Below, piece by piece: positions 21,897-31,629 of a stretch of DNA of 64,000 nt. A program made the translations under genes and the position numbers. The DNA lies in NCBI GenBank assembly GCA_964492745.1, contig CAZBLT010000001.1, forward strand, positions 3,325 through 67,324, in the 5' to 3' direction. The notes beneath the pieces were generated by a model, which was not told the origin of the DNA, made no database searches, and was given only the letters and a program-made list of their open reading frames with translations. The stretch is from an uncultured Anaerolineaceae bacterium. GTDB taxonomy: Bacteria; Chloroflexota; Anaerolineae; Anaerolineales; E44-bin32. Each line of letters starts with the position of its first letter. Position 1 is the first letter of the stretch.

Positions 21897-23519
21897 ATGG
21901 AATATCAAATCCTCTTGCTGCCCCGGGAAGATTATTGGGAGTGGGTCGCTGCGTGCAGAGAATACGCGCTGCGATACGGCGTCAATCTAACGCGGGATCC
22001 CGAATCGGCGGCTCGGTATATGGCGCCGGCTCAAGTGGTCACTTTTCCTCGAGCACAAGGCGCATTTGCGGAGCAAGGTGATCTGGAACGATGGTTCTTC
22101 CGGAATCATCCTGGGATCCGGCTCGACCCTGTGGAGGCACAGACCCCCAAGGAGCTCGAGGTTCAATTGGCGCGCCGCATCGCTGCGGAGGATCGTTACG
22201 GACAGAAACAGAAGCCTTTCTACCTGCTTTGGCCCACCGACTATCCCGTCATCACGCAGAAATTCGGCGCAAATCCGCAGATTTATGGCCGCTTTGGTCT
22301 TCCAGGCCATGAGGGCTTGGACATCCGTGCCAGGAAGGGAACCCATATCTATTGCTGCGCGCCCGGTGAAGTCTACCGGGTGCATCTCGATCCGCGATCC
22401 CATCCCTATGGCATTCATGTCCGGGTGCGGCACAAGGATGGGTATAAGAGCGTCTACGCCCACCTGGACCAGTCCTTGGTTCAGGTGGGCCAGGTTGTGG
22501 AAGCGGGGGAACTGATCGCGTGGGCAGACTCGACCGGTGCCTCCACCGCTTCGCACCTGCACCTTACGCTTAAACGCGATGGCGCCACCAAGCGGGGCGA
22601 AACAGATTATCCAAAGGATATCCTGGATCCGACGCCTTACATCGTGTGGCCCGAGACGGGGCTGAGAAAATCGCTTGCGGAGCCCAATTGGGCGCCGGGT
22701 AAGTGCCTGATTGGCGTGCATGGGCGGGTGGATGGGCCCTTGACGGAAAAGGACCTGGAGGCAATCTTCGCGGCGAGAGTGGAAGCGATTAAGGTAAATC
22801 AGAAGGAATCATCCCGGACCATTCAACATATGCGCGCTCGGCAGGCTAATATCTTGCTCGCCGCCCGATTAGGCCTGGATTTTTCCGGAGAGCAGGTGAC
22901 TCCAGAGGAATTCCTGCACAGTGTTTCAGATGATGTTAGGCGCTTGAGTCAGGCGGGGATACAATTCTTTGAAGTCCTTGCCAACCCGAATCTCCAGACC
23001 GAGGGCTGGCAGCGCTCTTGGAGGAACGGCGAAGAGTTCGCGCGCTGGTTCTTGGCAGCTTTGAAGGGCTTGCGGGAGCTATACCCGGCCGGCAAGTTCG
23101 GATTCCCCGGCTTGGCGCCTGGCGGCTTCGTTTCGGGCTGGCGCGGCGATGCCGACCTCTTTCTGGCCGAGGCTGAGGAGGCGGCTGAGCAGGCCGACTG
23201 GCTGGGCGTGCATTGCTATTGGACGGATAGCCGCAGCATGCACTCACATCAAGGCGGCATGGCCTTCCAGAAATACCGACAGCGGTTCCCGCAGAAGCTG
23301 TTGATGATTACGGAATTTGCGAATGTGGCGGCAGAGGTTTCGCCAGGCGAGAAGGCGAGTCAATACCTCAGCTATTACCGCGCTCTGCGGACGCAGCCCG
23401 GTGTGGGCGCGGCGTTTGCCTTCGCCCTCTCCGCCCATCAAGCCCACGAATCCGTCGTGTGGATCAGGGACGGAGCGCCCTCCATCACGGATTGGGTGGG
23501 CGCGAGGGATAGCTTCTAG
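21897..23519 (+). CDS. M23 (LytM-type) metallopeptidase fused to a TIM-barrel glycosidase-like C-terminal domain; no signal peptide
   Basis: HEGLDI and SHLHLTL M23 zinc motifs. The C-terminal 270 aa have alternating beta/alpha character with FEVLANPN and LMITEFAN (clan GH-A-like, by eye). The N-terminus is not hydrophobic. Confidence 0.7.
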   Translation: MEYQILLLPREDYWEWVAACREYALRYGVNLTRDPESAARYMAPAQVVTFPRAQGAFAEQGDLERWFFRNHPGIRLDPVEAQTPKELEVQLARRIAAEDRYGQKQKPFYLLWPTDYPVITQKFGANPQIYGRFGLPGHEGLDIRARKGTHIYCCAPGEVYRVHLDPRSHPYGIHVRVRHKDGYKSVYAHLDQSLVQVGQVVEAGELIAWADSTGASTASHLHLTLKRDGATKRGETDYPKDILDPTPYIVWPETGLRKSLAEPNWAPGKCLIGVHGRVDGPLTEKDLEAIFAARVEAIKVNQKESSRTIQHMRARQANILLAARLGLDFSGEQVTPEEFLHSVSDDVRRLSQAGIQFFEVLANPNLQTEGWQRSWRNGEEFARWFLAALKGLRELYPAGKFGFPGLAPGGFVSGWRGDADLFLAEAEEAAEQADWLGVHCYWTDSRSMHSHQGGMAFQKYRQRFPQKLLMITEFANVAAEVSPGEKASQYLSYYRALRTQPGVGAAFAFALSAHQAHESVVWIRDGAPSITDWVGARDSF

Positions 23520-24073
23520 ATCCCTGCCCAAGGGACGGAAACTTTGCGCAGCCGGCCGCTGTGCTCCCGAATCTGGACGTAGCCATGCTGCATGCCAAAG
23601 TCATAGATCTGGTAGGTGACGCGGACATCCTGCTCGCAATAGGCAAGCACCTTTTCGATCAGCCCCTCCCTATACCAGGCAACCGCTGCAAGCCCGTCAG
23701 CGGATTTGCGTTCCCCTAGCGTGGCTTCGGCGAGGCTGTCCAGGCTGGGGCGGAAACCCAAACGTTCATAGAGATCAAGCATCAAATCCATTGACTTCTG
23801 GCGCATGGCGTGGTCCACGATCAGGCCATAGGGGCGCAGGACACTGTAATCGAAGCGAAGCAAGTTGTACCCGATGATGCGGCCTGAAGACTGAAGTTCG
23901 GCGATCAACTCGGGGACGTCCGGCTCCAAGAAGTGCCTGTATGCGTCTTCCTCGACCACGTAGACCACGCCGGCGGCGAAGCGCATACGGTCAATATTAG
24001 ACCAGCCTCCCACCTCGTTGGCCAGGTATTGCGTCTCAAGATCGAAAACCAGAGTCTTTCCTCTTGGTGCCAT
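23516..24073 (-). CDS. RNase H-like (DEDD-type) 3'-5' exonuclease domain protein
   Basis: VFDLET, GYNLLRFDY and YCEQDV motifs. 185 aa. Confidence 0.65.
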   Translation of the reverse strand: MAPRGKTLVFDLETQYLANEVGGWSNIDRMRFAAGVVYVVEEDAYRHFLEPDVPELIAELQSSGRIIGYNLLRFDYSVLRPYGLIVDHAMRQKSMDLMLDLYERLGFRPSLDSLAEATLGERKSADGLAAVAWYREGLIEKVLAYCEQDVRVTYQIYDFGMQHGYVQIREHSGRLRKVSVPWAGI

Positions 24074-24076
24074 ACT

Positions 24077-25282
24077 CTAACCTTTCGCCTGCGCCCGTCT
24101 AATGCGGAGGACCAGGAGCAAAATAGACGCGGAGATCAAGATGAGCGCCGGAAGAGCGATCCATGCCAGCCGTTCAATGCTCAGGAGGGAATTCTGCCCA
24201 CCCCTTCCGGAGAGCGTCTGCAGCCATTCAGCCTCTAGCTGGGATAAGGGCCGCTGATAGACGCGTTGAATGGCCCCCTCGCAGCTCGCGCCTTCCTGGT
24301 ATGCATCCAGCAGCCGGACCACCCCACCTGAGCCATAGATATCCAGAAGGTATTGGACAAACGACGCCGACTGCGCATAGGCGAGAATGCGGCGTTCGCT
24401 CTCCACTGGGAAGGAAGCGCAAAGGGAGGACAGCGGGAGTGCCGCGTCGGATGCGAGCGCCTCCTCCAGCGCTAGCCGGAGTGCTGCCGCCGGGGAGCTC
24501 TCCTGCAAGGTTGCAAAGCCTTCGTTCAGCCAGGCCGGGAGATTGTAGTAGCTCGCACCCATGCGCCGGTAGAGGAGCAGGTGCGTGATCTCGTGCGGAA
24601 TTTGCCGCTCAAGGTCCTGCAGACCATCGTTGCTGGAAGCGGCCGAGACGAGGACAACTCCCAGTTCGGGGAGTGTGTGAGCCGCCGCGGAGGGAATTCC
24701 GCCGAGGCGCAGGCTCGCCTGGAGTTCGCGCGGCGAAGGGTATACATACACTTCAAGCGATTCCGGGGGAGTCAGACCCATCGGCTGGAGCTCGGCTAGA
24801 CTTCGGCTGGTGAGATCCAGAATTGCCTGCCCGCGGTCGAGGTCGGCTCCGGTCCAATGAACGCGGACGCCTTCTCGGGCGTGCACCTGCCATGCATAGC
24901 GATTGTCCTCATACAGCAGGGTGGAAGGGATGGATTGGATGTTGCTGCCATCGGCTAGATCAAACTGCCACCAATACACGAGGCGCGAGAATGGCAGGAG
25001 CTGGAGTTCGGCGGCCTCAATGGTAATCTGGAACACGATCTTTGGCGTGGAAGGCGTGTCCACGATGAAGACAGAAGTCTCACCGGTTTCACGCTGGAGG
25101 AAGAGCGCAGCCCGGAGAACCTGGGAAGGCGAATGGATGACGGCCTGGAAGTGCAGCGCGCCACCGTACTCGTAGTGCACCGAAGGCAGGATTTCCTGCG
25201 CAGGGCCATGGGCCGCCGCGATGGGAGTCCACGCGGCCAACAAGATGGCGACAAGCAGTGAGGAGATGCCGGTGCGTTTCAC
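24077..25282 (-). CDS. secreted/anchored peptidase MA-family zinc metalloprotease
   Basis: Signal peptide MKRTGISSLLVAILLAAWTPIAAA. HEITHLL plus downstream NEGFATLQE. C-terminal TM. Confidence 0.7.
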   Translation of the reverse strand: MKRTGISSLLVAILLAAWTPIAAAHGPAQEILPSVHYEYGGALHFQAVIHSPSQVLRAALFLQRETGETSVFIVDTPSTPKIVFQITIEAAELQLLPFSRLVYWWQFDLADGSNIQSIPSTLLYEDNRYAWQVHAREGVRVHWTGADLDRGQAILDLTSRSLAELQPMGLTPPESLEVYVYPSPRELQASLRLGGIPSAAAHTLPELGVVLVSAASSNDGLQDLERQIPHEITHLLLYRRMGASYYNLPAWLNEGFATLQESSPAAALRLALEEALASDAALPLSSLCASFPVESERRILAYAQSASFVQYLLDIYGSGGVVRLLDAYQEGASCEGAIQRVYQRPLSQLEAEWLQTLSGRGGQNSLLSIERLAWIALPALILISASILLLVLRIRRAQAKG

Positions 25283-26193
25283 GATGCTCCCAGAATACCG
25301 AGAAGGGGCGTGAGGCTGAGAGGGCTAAGCAGCGTGGTCATCAGGATGGCGCTGGCCACGAAGTCTGGCTCGGTATCGAATTCCATGGCGATGATGCCAG
25401 TGAGCACGGCCGAGGGCATCGCGGCCTCGATGATCCCAACCGAGCGCCCCAGACCCTGGAGTGGGATCAGACTGGCGAGCGCAAAGGCAATCCCCGGGGC
25501 GACGAGCAGGCGGAGCGCGGCAATCAATCCCAGCAGCCCACCTCGCAGTTGTAGTCCAGCCTTTCCCATTTGCATGCCCAGCACGATCAGCATCATAGGG
25601 ATGGTCGCATCTGCGAGCAGAGCAATGGAGTCGGTCACGAAGAGTGGGAGCTGAAGCCCAGTGGCCCTGACGAGCAGGGCCAGCCATATGGCATGCACGG
25701 ACGGGATGCGCACCATTCCAAGCAATGCCTGCTTTGGCGGCGATCGACCGGCCTGGGCGATGAAGACGCCAAGTGAATTCGTCCAAAGGCTGGTGGTGAC
25801 GAAGAACAGGCTCGCCCAGAGCAATCCCTGCTGACCAAAGGCAAAATGATTGAGCGGCAGGCCGTAATTGCCGGCGTTCATGAATGTACTGACGAGGATG
25901 AGTGCGGCGGCCATTCTTGGCTCCAGGCGCAGGAATTTGCCTGCCAATGCTGAAATGGCGAGCATGCTTGTCATCATGAGCGAGGCAAATAGCATCATGC
26001 GAAGCATTTCAGCCCTCGGCAATTCGACGGCCACCAGCAGGCTGAACAGCAGAGCGGGCGTGAGCCCATAGAAGGTCAAATTGGAGATCGGTTTTGGGTC
26101 AAGCTTCAGCAGCCGCTGGAGGAGGTAGCCGGCGCCAGCAACGATCACGATGGGAAGGATATTTCCGGCGAAAAGCTGGAGGAGATGGATCAA
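25279..26193 (-). CDS. AEC (auxin efflux carrier) family transporter
   Basis: 304 aa, about 10 TM. N-terminus ILPIVIVAGAGYLLQR typical of the family. 4-nt overlaps with both neighbours. Confidence 0.8.
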   Translation of the reverse strand: MIHLLQLFAGNILPIVIVAGAGYLLQRLLKLDPKPISNLTFYGLTPALLFSLLVAVELPRAEMLRMMLFASLMMTSMLAISALAGKFLRLEPRMAAALILVSTFMNAGNYGLPLNHFAFGQQGLLWASLFFVTTSLWTNSLGVFIAQAGRSPPKQALLGMVRIPSVHAIWLALLVRATGLQLPLFVTDSIALLADATIPMMLIVLGMQMGKAGLQLRGGLLGLIAALRLLVAPGIAFALASLIPLQGLGRSVGIIEAAMPSAVLTGIIAMEFDTEPDFVASAILMTTLLSPLSLTPLLGILGAS

Positions 26194-27149
26194 TCCGTGA
26201 GGTCCTCGTCGAGTTCATCAAAGTCAAAAAGCAGGAAATCGGGCGTTCCCTTCAGGAACGAGATATGATCCAGGGCATCTTCGAGGTCCTGCGCCATCTG
26301 GGGATCCTCGCCGCGGGCATTGAGCCGGCTGAGTGCTCGCTCGGCCTGGTTCCCACCGATTTGGCCCAATGACCACACTGCGGCGCGGCGTACAAGCTCA
26401 TGGACATCGTCCAGCAACTCGAGCAGGGTTGGAACAGCCTCGCGCATCTCGAGTTCGCCCGCGGCCCTGGCAGCCTCGCTCCGGAGAATGGGGGATGGGC
26501 TCTGCATCTCACGCAAGATCGTGTCTACCCAGCGGCGATTGTAGGAGCGGCCCATGGCCAACAGCGCTGAGCGCTTGCGGGAGTCATCGCTGGAAGCATA
26601 GGCTCGCTCGATGATTTCGATCACCTCCTGGCGGGAGGAGTAGCCCAGTGCCTCTACGCAGGGGCAAAAGAGACTGGAGTCGGGGTCCTGCGCGATGACC
26701 TCGATGAAGAGTTCTTCGATTTCCGCCAGCAGCTGGGGGGGAATCTTTTCCAATTCGCCCAGCAAGAGGAATCGGCCCAGGGCAATGGCAGCCTCGGCTC
26801 GAACTCGCAGCGAGGGGTCACTCCGTAGAGTGTTCAGCAGCGGAGGGACAAGCTTAGGATCTTCACACTCCCAAAGGTTCCGGATGGCAAGCCGGCGGAC
26901 CTCTTCGTCGGGATCCGTGATAGCGTGACGGTTGATGATCTCGAAGGTGAGTTCGATGTGGCGGTCGGCCTGATCCCCAAGGCGCTCGATGAGCAAGCGC
27001 CGCCTATCGACGCTCAGGCGCTGCCAAACTTCCACGAAGCGTTCGAGCCCCTTCCGGTCCAAATCCGAGAGGGAGGTCAGCCGATCCGATGGGATGGAGA
27101 CGTTCTCGACGGCTAGAAGTGCCAGGATCTCTTCGAACGATCGGCTCAT
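26190..27149 (-). CDS. HEAT-repeat (PBS-lyase-like) protein
   Basis: Repeated D..VR..A...LG units, e.g. DPDEEVRRLAIRNL, DPSLRVRAEAAIALG, DVHELVRRAAVWSLG. Confidence 0.75.
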   Translation of the reverse strand: MSRSFEEILALLAVENVSIPSDRLTSLSDLDRKGLERFVEVWQRLSVDRRRLLIERLGDQADRHIELTFEIINRHAITDPDEEVRRLAIRNLWECEDPKLVPPLLNTLRSDPSLRVRAEAAIALGRFLLLGELEKIPPQLLAEIEELFIEVIAQDPDSSLFCPCVEALGYSSRQEVIEIIERAYASSDDSRKRSALLAMGRSYNRRWVDTILREMQSPSPILRSEAARAAGELEMREAVPTLLELLDDVHELVRRAAVWSLGQIGGNQAERALSRLNARGEDPQMAQDLEDALDHISFLKGTPDFLLFDFDELDEDLTD

Positions 27150-27156
27150 GACGGCT

Positions 27157-28224
27157 CTACGGTAGTTGGATGGGGTTCACGAAGTCCTGAAGGTTGATGT
27201 AAATCATGAGGATCAGGATCAAAGCGAAACCGATAGCATGGGCGAAGCTCTCGATGCGCGGTGAGACCCGCTTGCGGAAGACGGCCTCAAGAAATACGAA
27301 CATCAGGCGGCCGCCATCGAGCGCCGGAATGGGGAGCAGATTGGCCATCGCTAGGCCGAGGCTGATTACGCCGATGAGATTCAGGGTCACGAAAGGTCGC
27401 TGGGAGGCCTGGTCGATGTCATTGGCCCAGGCAAGCATGTCGTGGATGCCTTTAAGGCCGGTCACGCGAGTCTCTTGTGGTGTGGCGTCGCCGGCGAGCA
27501 GCCGTCCCGGCAGGCGCAGGATCGCAATCACCTGATTGCCCATGGATTGGGCGCTGAGCCGGGAGGCCTCTACCCAGCTCGTCCTTGCGGTTGGATACGT
27601 TAGGATGACGCCGATGGGCCCCTGGCCCTCGGGGTAATCCACTCTGGGTGTGAGTCGGAGTTCTAGATCATGATTGCCGCGCCGAACGCCGAGCCGGATG
27701 GGCTGGCCCAGCCGGGCGCGAATCGCCGTTTGCATGGCCGTGAAGCTATCTACTGGCACGTCATCCACATAGCGCACAAGGTCGCCCGGGCGGACGCCCG
27801 CTGCCGCCGCGGGGGTGCCTGGCGCCACTTCGGCGATCATCACGCGCTGAAGGTCAGGCGCAGCAAATTTGAATGCAAGGAAGAAAGTCAGGAACGCGAG
27901 CAAGACGTTGGCGAGTGGGCCCGCGGAGAGCACCAAGGCGCGTGTGGTCTTGCTCGAGGCTGCGAGCCCGCCAGCGACTTCTGGATCGTCCTCGCCCGCA
28001 GGCCGCACGAAGCCTCCGAGGGGGATGAGATTGAGAGTAAAGATCGTACCGCCAATCTCGAAAAGAGTGGCAATACGCGGCGGGTAGCCGATTCCAAACT
28101 CTTCCACGCGCACGCCGCGCCAGCGGGCTGCCAGGAAGTGTCCTAGCTCGTGTGCTAGGATCAAAATACTGAGAACAAGTAGAAACAGCAGAAAATCCGG
28201 CAAGGCACCATTCCCCATTTGCAA
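27157..28224 (-). CDS. rseP: site-2 (RIP) zinc metalloprotease RseP, M50 family
   Basis: HELGHFLAAR, a PDZ-like middle region and NLLPIPALDGG. Confidence 0.9.
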   Translation of the reverse strand: MQMGNGALPDFLLFLLVLSILILAHELGHFLAARWRGVRVEEFGIGYPPRIATLFEIGGTIFTLNLIPLGGFVRPAGEDDPEVAGGLAASSKTTRALVLSAGPLANVLLAFLTFFLAFKFAAPDLQRVMIAEVAPGTPAAAAGVRPGDLVRYVDDVPVDSFTAMQTAIRARLGQPIRLGVRRGNHDLELRLTPRVDYPEGQGPIGVILTYPTARTSWVEASRLSAQSMGNQVIAILRLPGRLLAGDATPQETRVTGLKGIHDMLAWANDIDQASQRPFVTLNLIGVISLGLAMANLLPIPALDGGRLMFVFLEAVFRKRVSPRIESFAHAIGFALILILMIYINLQDFVNPIQLP

Positions 28225-28248
28225 TGTGATCTTGCGATCGCGATTATA

Positions 28249-29250
28249 TCACCCGGCCCCTGATCTGATCAGAAGGCGGGCTTCCTGGCCGGGGTGGCAG
28301 CAAAGTATGGTCTGCACGCCGGGGATGGCTTGCAAGCGAGCCTGGATCTCTTCGGCGTGCGCTGCCGGACATAGGCAATGGACGTTTGGGCCGGCGTCCA
28401 CGGTGTAGGCGACCTGCAGCCCCTGCGCCTGCCAGGCTAGGACGGTCTTCATGATTGCAAGAGTGGCTGGCTCCCAATAGTGGAGCGGCGGCGTGGACGT
28501 CATCATCACGGCGTGCATCAGATCCGAGTCCTGTTGCACTATGGTGGCCAGGCGCTGAAAGTCCCGTGCAAGCAGCGCATGCATGCACAGATCAAAGCGT
28601 CTGGGCGCATCCTCAACACGCGCTTTCTGAAGTGGGCTGGTCTCGGCCAAGCGGTGGCCCTTAGAGGAGCCGACCTCTTTGGGCGAAGTGCTGACGATGG
28701 CGATGAGATCCACCAGCCCCCAGTGGTCTGCGCCAAGAATCGGTTCGGCAAACGCGGCGGCGTCCTCTTGGCCGGAGCGCAGGCGGACAAACCCGCCGAA
28801 GACCGATCGGGCGGCGGATCCCGAACCCCGGCGCGCCAGACGCGATAGGCCCTTGCGGTCGAGGCCCAGGCCATAGGCGGCATCGGCCGCCACCGCCAGC
28901 GCGGCGAAGGCCGCGGCTGAAGAGGCAATGCCTACACCATGCGGGTAATTCGACCACGTCTCAATGGAGGCGAATTCCTTGCGGCCCGAGAGGTCACGGA
29001 CGATTTGCAGGAAACGCGATACGCGCTCCAGTGGCTCGCCTGTTATCGGTTGGGAATCCATCACCAGGCGGTCAGAATGCAATGCTCCGTCTAGAGCAAG
29101 GCGCACGCGAGTCTCGAGGCCGCCGAGGGTCATGGAGAGTGAATCGTTGGCCGGCAACCGGAGTTCATGATCTCGATTGCCCCAATATTTAATAAGGGCG
29201 ATATTGGGGGAGGCGATGGCCTCCGTAGCGATGGGTGTCATCAATCCCAT
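28249..29250 (-). CDS. mevalonate (di)phosphate decarboxylase, GHMP family
   Basis: PNIALIKYWGNRD and GIASSAAAFAAL GHMP motifs. 333 aa. Confidence 0.85.
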   Translation of the reverse strand: MGLMTPIATEAIASPNIALIKYWGNRDHELRLPANDSLSMTLGGLETRVRLALDGALHSDRLVMDSQPITGEPLERVSRFLQIVRDLSGRKEFASIETWSNYPHGVGIASSAAAFAALAVAADAAYGLGLDRKGLSRLARRGSGSAARSVFGGFVRLRSGQEDAAAFAEPILGADHWGLVDLIAIVSTSPKEVGSSKGHRLAETSPLQKARVEDAPRRFDLCMHALLARDFQRLATIVQQDSDLMHAVMMTSTPPLHYWEPATLAIMKTVLAWQAQGLQVAYTVDAGPNVHCLCPAAHAEEIQARLQAIPGVQTILCCHPGQEARLLIRSGAG

Positions 29251-29289
29251 TCTAGCGTCTTTCTTCGGATCTGCGCGAATAAGAGGGAA

Positions 29290-30381
29290 TCAGCTCTCGA
29301 CGACGATGACTTGCGTGCCGCCCGGCATCGAGACGGTGACATCGCCGGGATCGGGTTGGACGACTGGGGTCGTCCAGCGGAAGATCCATTTGGCGTCTTG
29401 AGGCCGCGCGTTTACGCAACCATGGGACATCGGCACGCCGAAGTTATTGTGCCAGAAGGTGGCGTGGATGGCGACGCCATTTCCGACGAAGAGCGTTGTC
29501 CAGCCGATGCCCGGCAGATCGTATCCGCCTCCGGTTGTACCGCCGCTCATATGCAGCGAGACGACCTTTCTCCATGTGGGGTGAGCGCCTAATGGTGTGG
29601 CCCACTCATCCACTGGTTTGCCGGCGGCGTTGAATTTGGCGCCGGTGGACACCCGGCAGAAGAAGATCTCCCGCCCACCTTCGAAGCAAGACAGCGTCTG
29701 GTAGGTGACATCAACAATGATGCGCTTGTCCTCGATCTCGGGATGGATGGGCTCGAAGTCCTCTTGGGTCAGCGGGCGGAAGGCCTCTGCGCGGGCGCGG
29801 AAGATGTCGCCGTAGCCATAGCGCTCATTGATACGGTAGTATGTTTGCCCGGTTCTCTCATCTGTAAGTATTCGATCCACCCAGAGAATCTGACTGTAGT
29901 AAAGGCGGGGGTGCGGGTTTTGCTTGAGCCATGGGGAACGTGCGGGAGGATTCTCGAGGATCAGGTCCACCCATGGGATAGTGACCTCCACCCACATGCC
30001 ATCTCCCAGGCCTGATCGGGGCAGGGTGATAAGTGGCTGTTTGGGTTGGTTACGGACAGGTTGGAGCGAGCCGGCCCAGAGATAGCCGTCTGGCGTCTCG
30101 ACCCAACGTTGGTTGATGCGATAGGGGTGATAACCCACGACTTCGCGAAGCCAAGCGACGACCGCATCCTCGTACAATGTTCCAACAGATGGGCTGGTGG
30201 CGTCCGGGCGGGCATGCAGATCCAGGCGACCGGTGGCCACACGTCCTAGCCGCTCGAAGTTCGGAAAATCGTCTGCACCCTCGAATCGAAGCCGAGGAAG
30301 GAACGCCCCACCGAGCGTCGCTCCGAGGCCCTTGAGGGCCTCACGGCGGCTCATGGCCATTTCAGGCATGGTCCCGGCCAA
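29290..30381 (-). CDS. L,D-transpeptidase (YkuD) family protein with Tat-type signal
   Basis: SRREALKGLGATLGGAFL twin-arginine-like signal. Catalytic SHGCVN. The start may be a downstream Met (30354). Confidence 0.85.
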   Translation of the reverse strand: MAGTMPEMAMSRREALKGLGATLGGAFLPRLRFEGADDFPNFERLGRVATGRLDLHARPDATSPSVGTLYEDAVVAWLREVVGYHPYRINQRWVETPDGYLWAGSLQPVRNQPKQPLITLPRSGLGDGMWVEVTIPWVDLILENPPARSPWLKQNPHPRLYYSQILWVDRILTDERTGQTYYRINERYGYGDIFRARAEAFRPLTQEDFEPIHPEIEDKRIIVDVTYQTLSCFEGGREIFFCRVSTGAKFNAAGKPVDEWATPLGAHPTWRKVVSLHMSGGTTGGGYDLPGIGWTTLFVGNGVAIHATFWHNNFGVPMSHGCVNARPQDAKWIFRWTTPVVQPDPGDVTVSMPGGTQVIVVES

Positions 30382-30517
30382 GATTGACCGGCAGCGCTGG
30401 GGGAATGATCAGGTGAGTCGTCATACGCACATTGTCCATAAGAACCCATTGTGGTCAAGAGGCTCAAAGGGCAGTTAGAATAGCCACTGCGCTGGTCAGT
30501 GGCGCGGAGGAGGCTGC

Positions 30518-31564
30518 ATGCGTGACGGCATCGTGGGTCTGAAATTGCTCGTCTATTGTGCGGGGTTGACGCTCGTTGCGGCCTGCGGATCAGTCGCCAA
30601 ACCCGTGGCGCCCACACCATCCGATACGCCCATGGCGGCCACGAAAATTCCATCGGCCACACCTGAGCCTCCCCCGCGCATCCTGATTTGGAGCGCATCG
30701 CCGATTGAGAGTGGCTGGCGAGCGCTTGCGGCTAGGACGGCGAAGGATTGGGCATTGGAGCGAAGTTGGCCGTATGAAATGATCTCGGGCAGCGCGGAGG
30801 GGATTTCTCTTGAGGATGCGGATCTGGTCTTGACACTTGGCCCAGTGCCCGATGCCGATCTCCTGGCGGAGGGGCACCCGGACCTCTTCTTCATCGCCGT
30901 GGGCCACGCGGGACTGCAGCCTCAGTCGAATCTGGCAGTGGTAGGGGAGGAAGGCTTGAGGGAGGACCGGCTCGCTTTCATGGCCGGCTTCTTGGCGGCG
31001 CTGGTCACGGAGGATTGGAGGATCGGGGCAGTTGTCGGCCCAGGCGAAATGCCTGCCGAATCGCTTGAGACGGCCTTTAGAAGTGGCGTGATGTACTTCT
31101 GCGGTCTATGCCGGCCGGCCTATCCGCCCTTTTATGAGTATCCGCAGGCCGCAACTCTGCAAGGAGCGGATCCCGGGGAGATGCAAACCGCGCTGGAAGC
31201 TCTCGAATCACGGGCGGTGGAAACGGTCTATCTGAACGAAGGGGCCACGTTGAGAACCCAGGCCCAGCAGCTGGGTGCTTCGCGGTTCGGGTGGATCGTA
31301 AGCGCTGAGCCGCCTGCCTGGCTGGAGGGCGAGGTGCTCGCGATTGTGAGGTTCGATCTGGTAAACGCGATTCGGACTGCGCTGGAGACGTGGGTGGACG
31401 GCGGAGAGGGGCAGTCATATCCGCTGCAAGTGGTCATCGAGGTATTGAATGAGCAAGTGGTGACACCGGGACGCGAGAAGATGGCGCTCGAGGTTTTGGC
31501 AGACCTGATGGACGGGGCAATTGACACCGGCGTGGACCTATCGAAGGAGTCGGCGAATCCCTAG
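30518..31564 (+). CDS. lipoprotein, BMP/PnrA-like periplasmic-binding fold (tentative)
   Basis: Lipobox LVAAC. GFLAALVTEDWRIGAVVG resembles the BMP family core. Weak assignment. Confidence 0.5.
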   Translation: MRDGIVGLKLLVYCAGLTLVAACGSVAKPVAPTPSDTPMAATKIPSATPEPPPRILIWSASPIESGWRALAARTAKDWALERSWPYEMISGSAEGISLEDADLVLTLGPVPDADLLAEGHPDLFFIAVGHAGLQPQSNLAVVGEEGLREDRLAFMAGFLAALVTEDWRIGAVVGPGEMPAESLETAFRSGVMYFCGLCRPAYPPFYEYPQAATLQGADPGEMQTALEALESRAVETVYLNEGATLRTQAQQLGASRFGWIVSAEPPAWLEGEVLAIVRFDLVNAIRTALETWVDGGEGQSYPLQVVIEVLNEQVVTPGREKMALEVLADLMDGAIDTGVDLSKESANP

Positions 31565-31576
31565 GGTTGACGCGAA

Positions 31577-31605
31577 GCGCGGCGCCCAAAGAGCGGGCGC
31601 CGCGC
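31577..31605. terminator. bidirectional stem-loop between convergent genes
   Basis: GCGCGGCGCCC-AAAGAGC-GGGCGCCGCGC, an 11-bp stem. Confidence 0.55.
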
Positions 31606-31629
31606 GAGCGTATTGAGGGGACCTAACCT

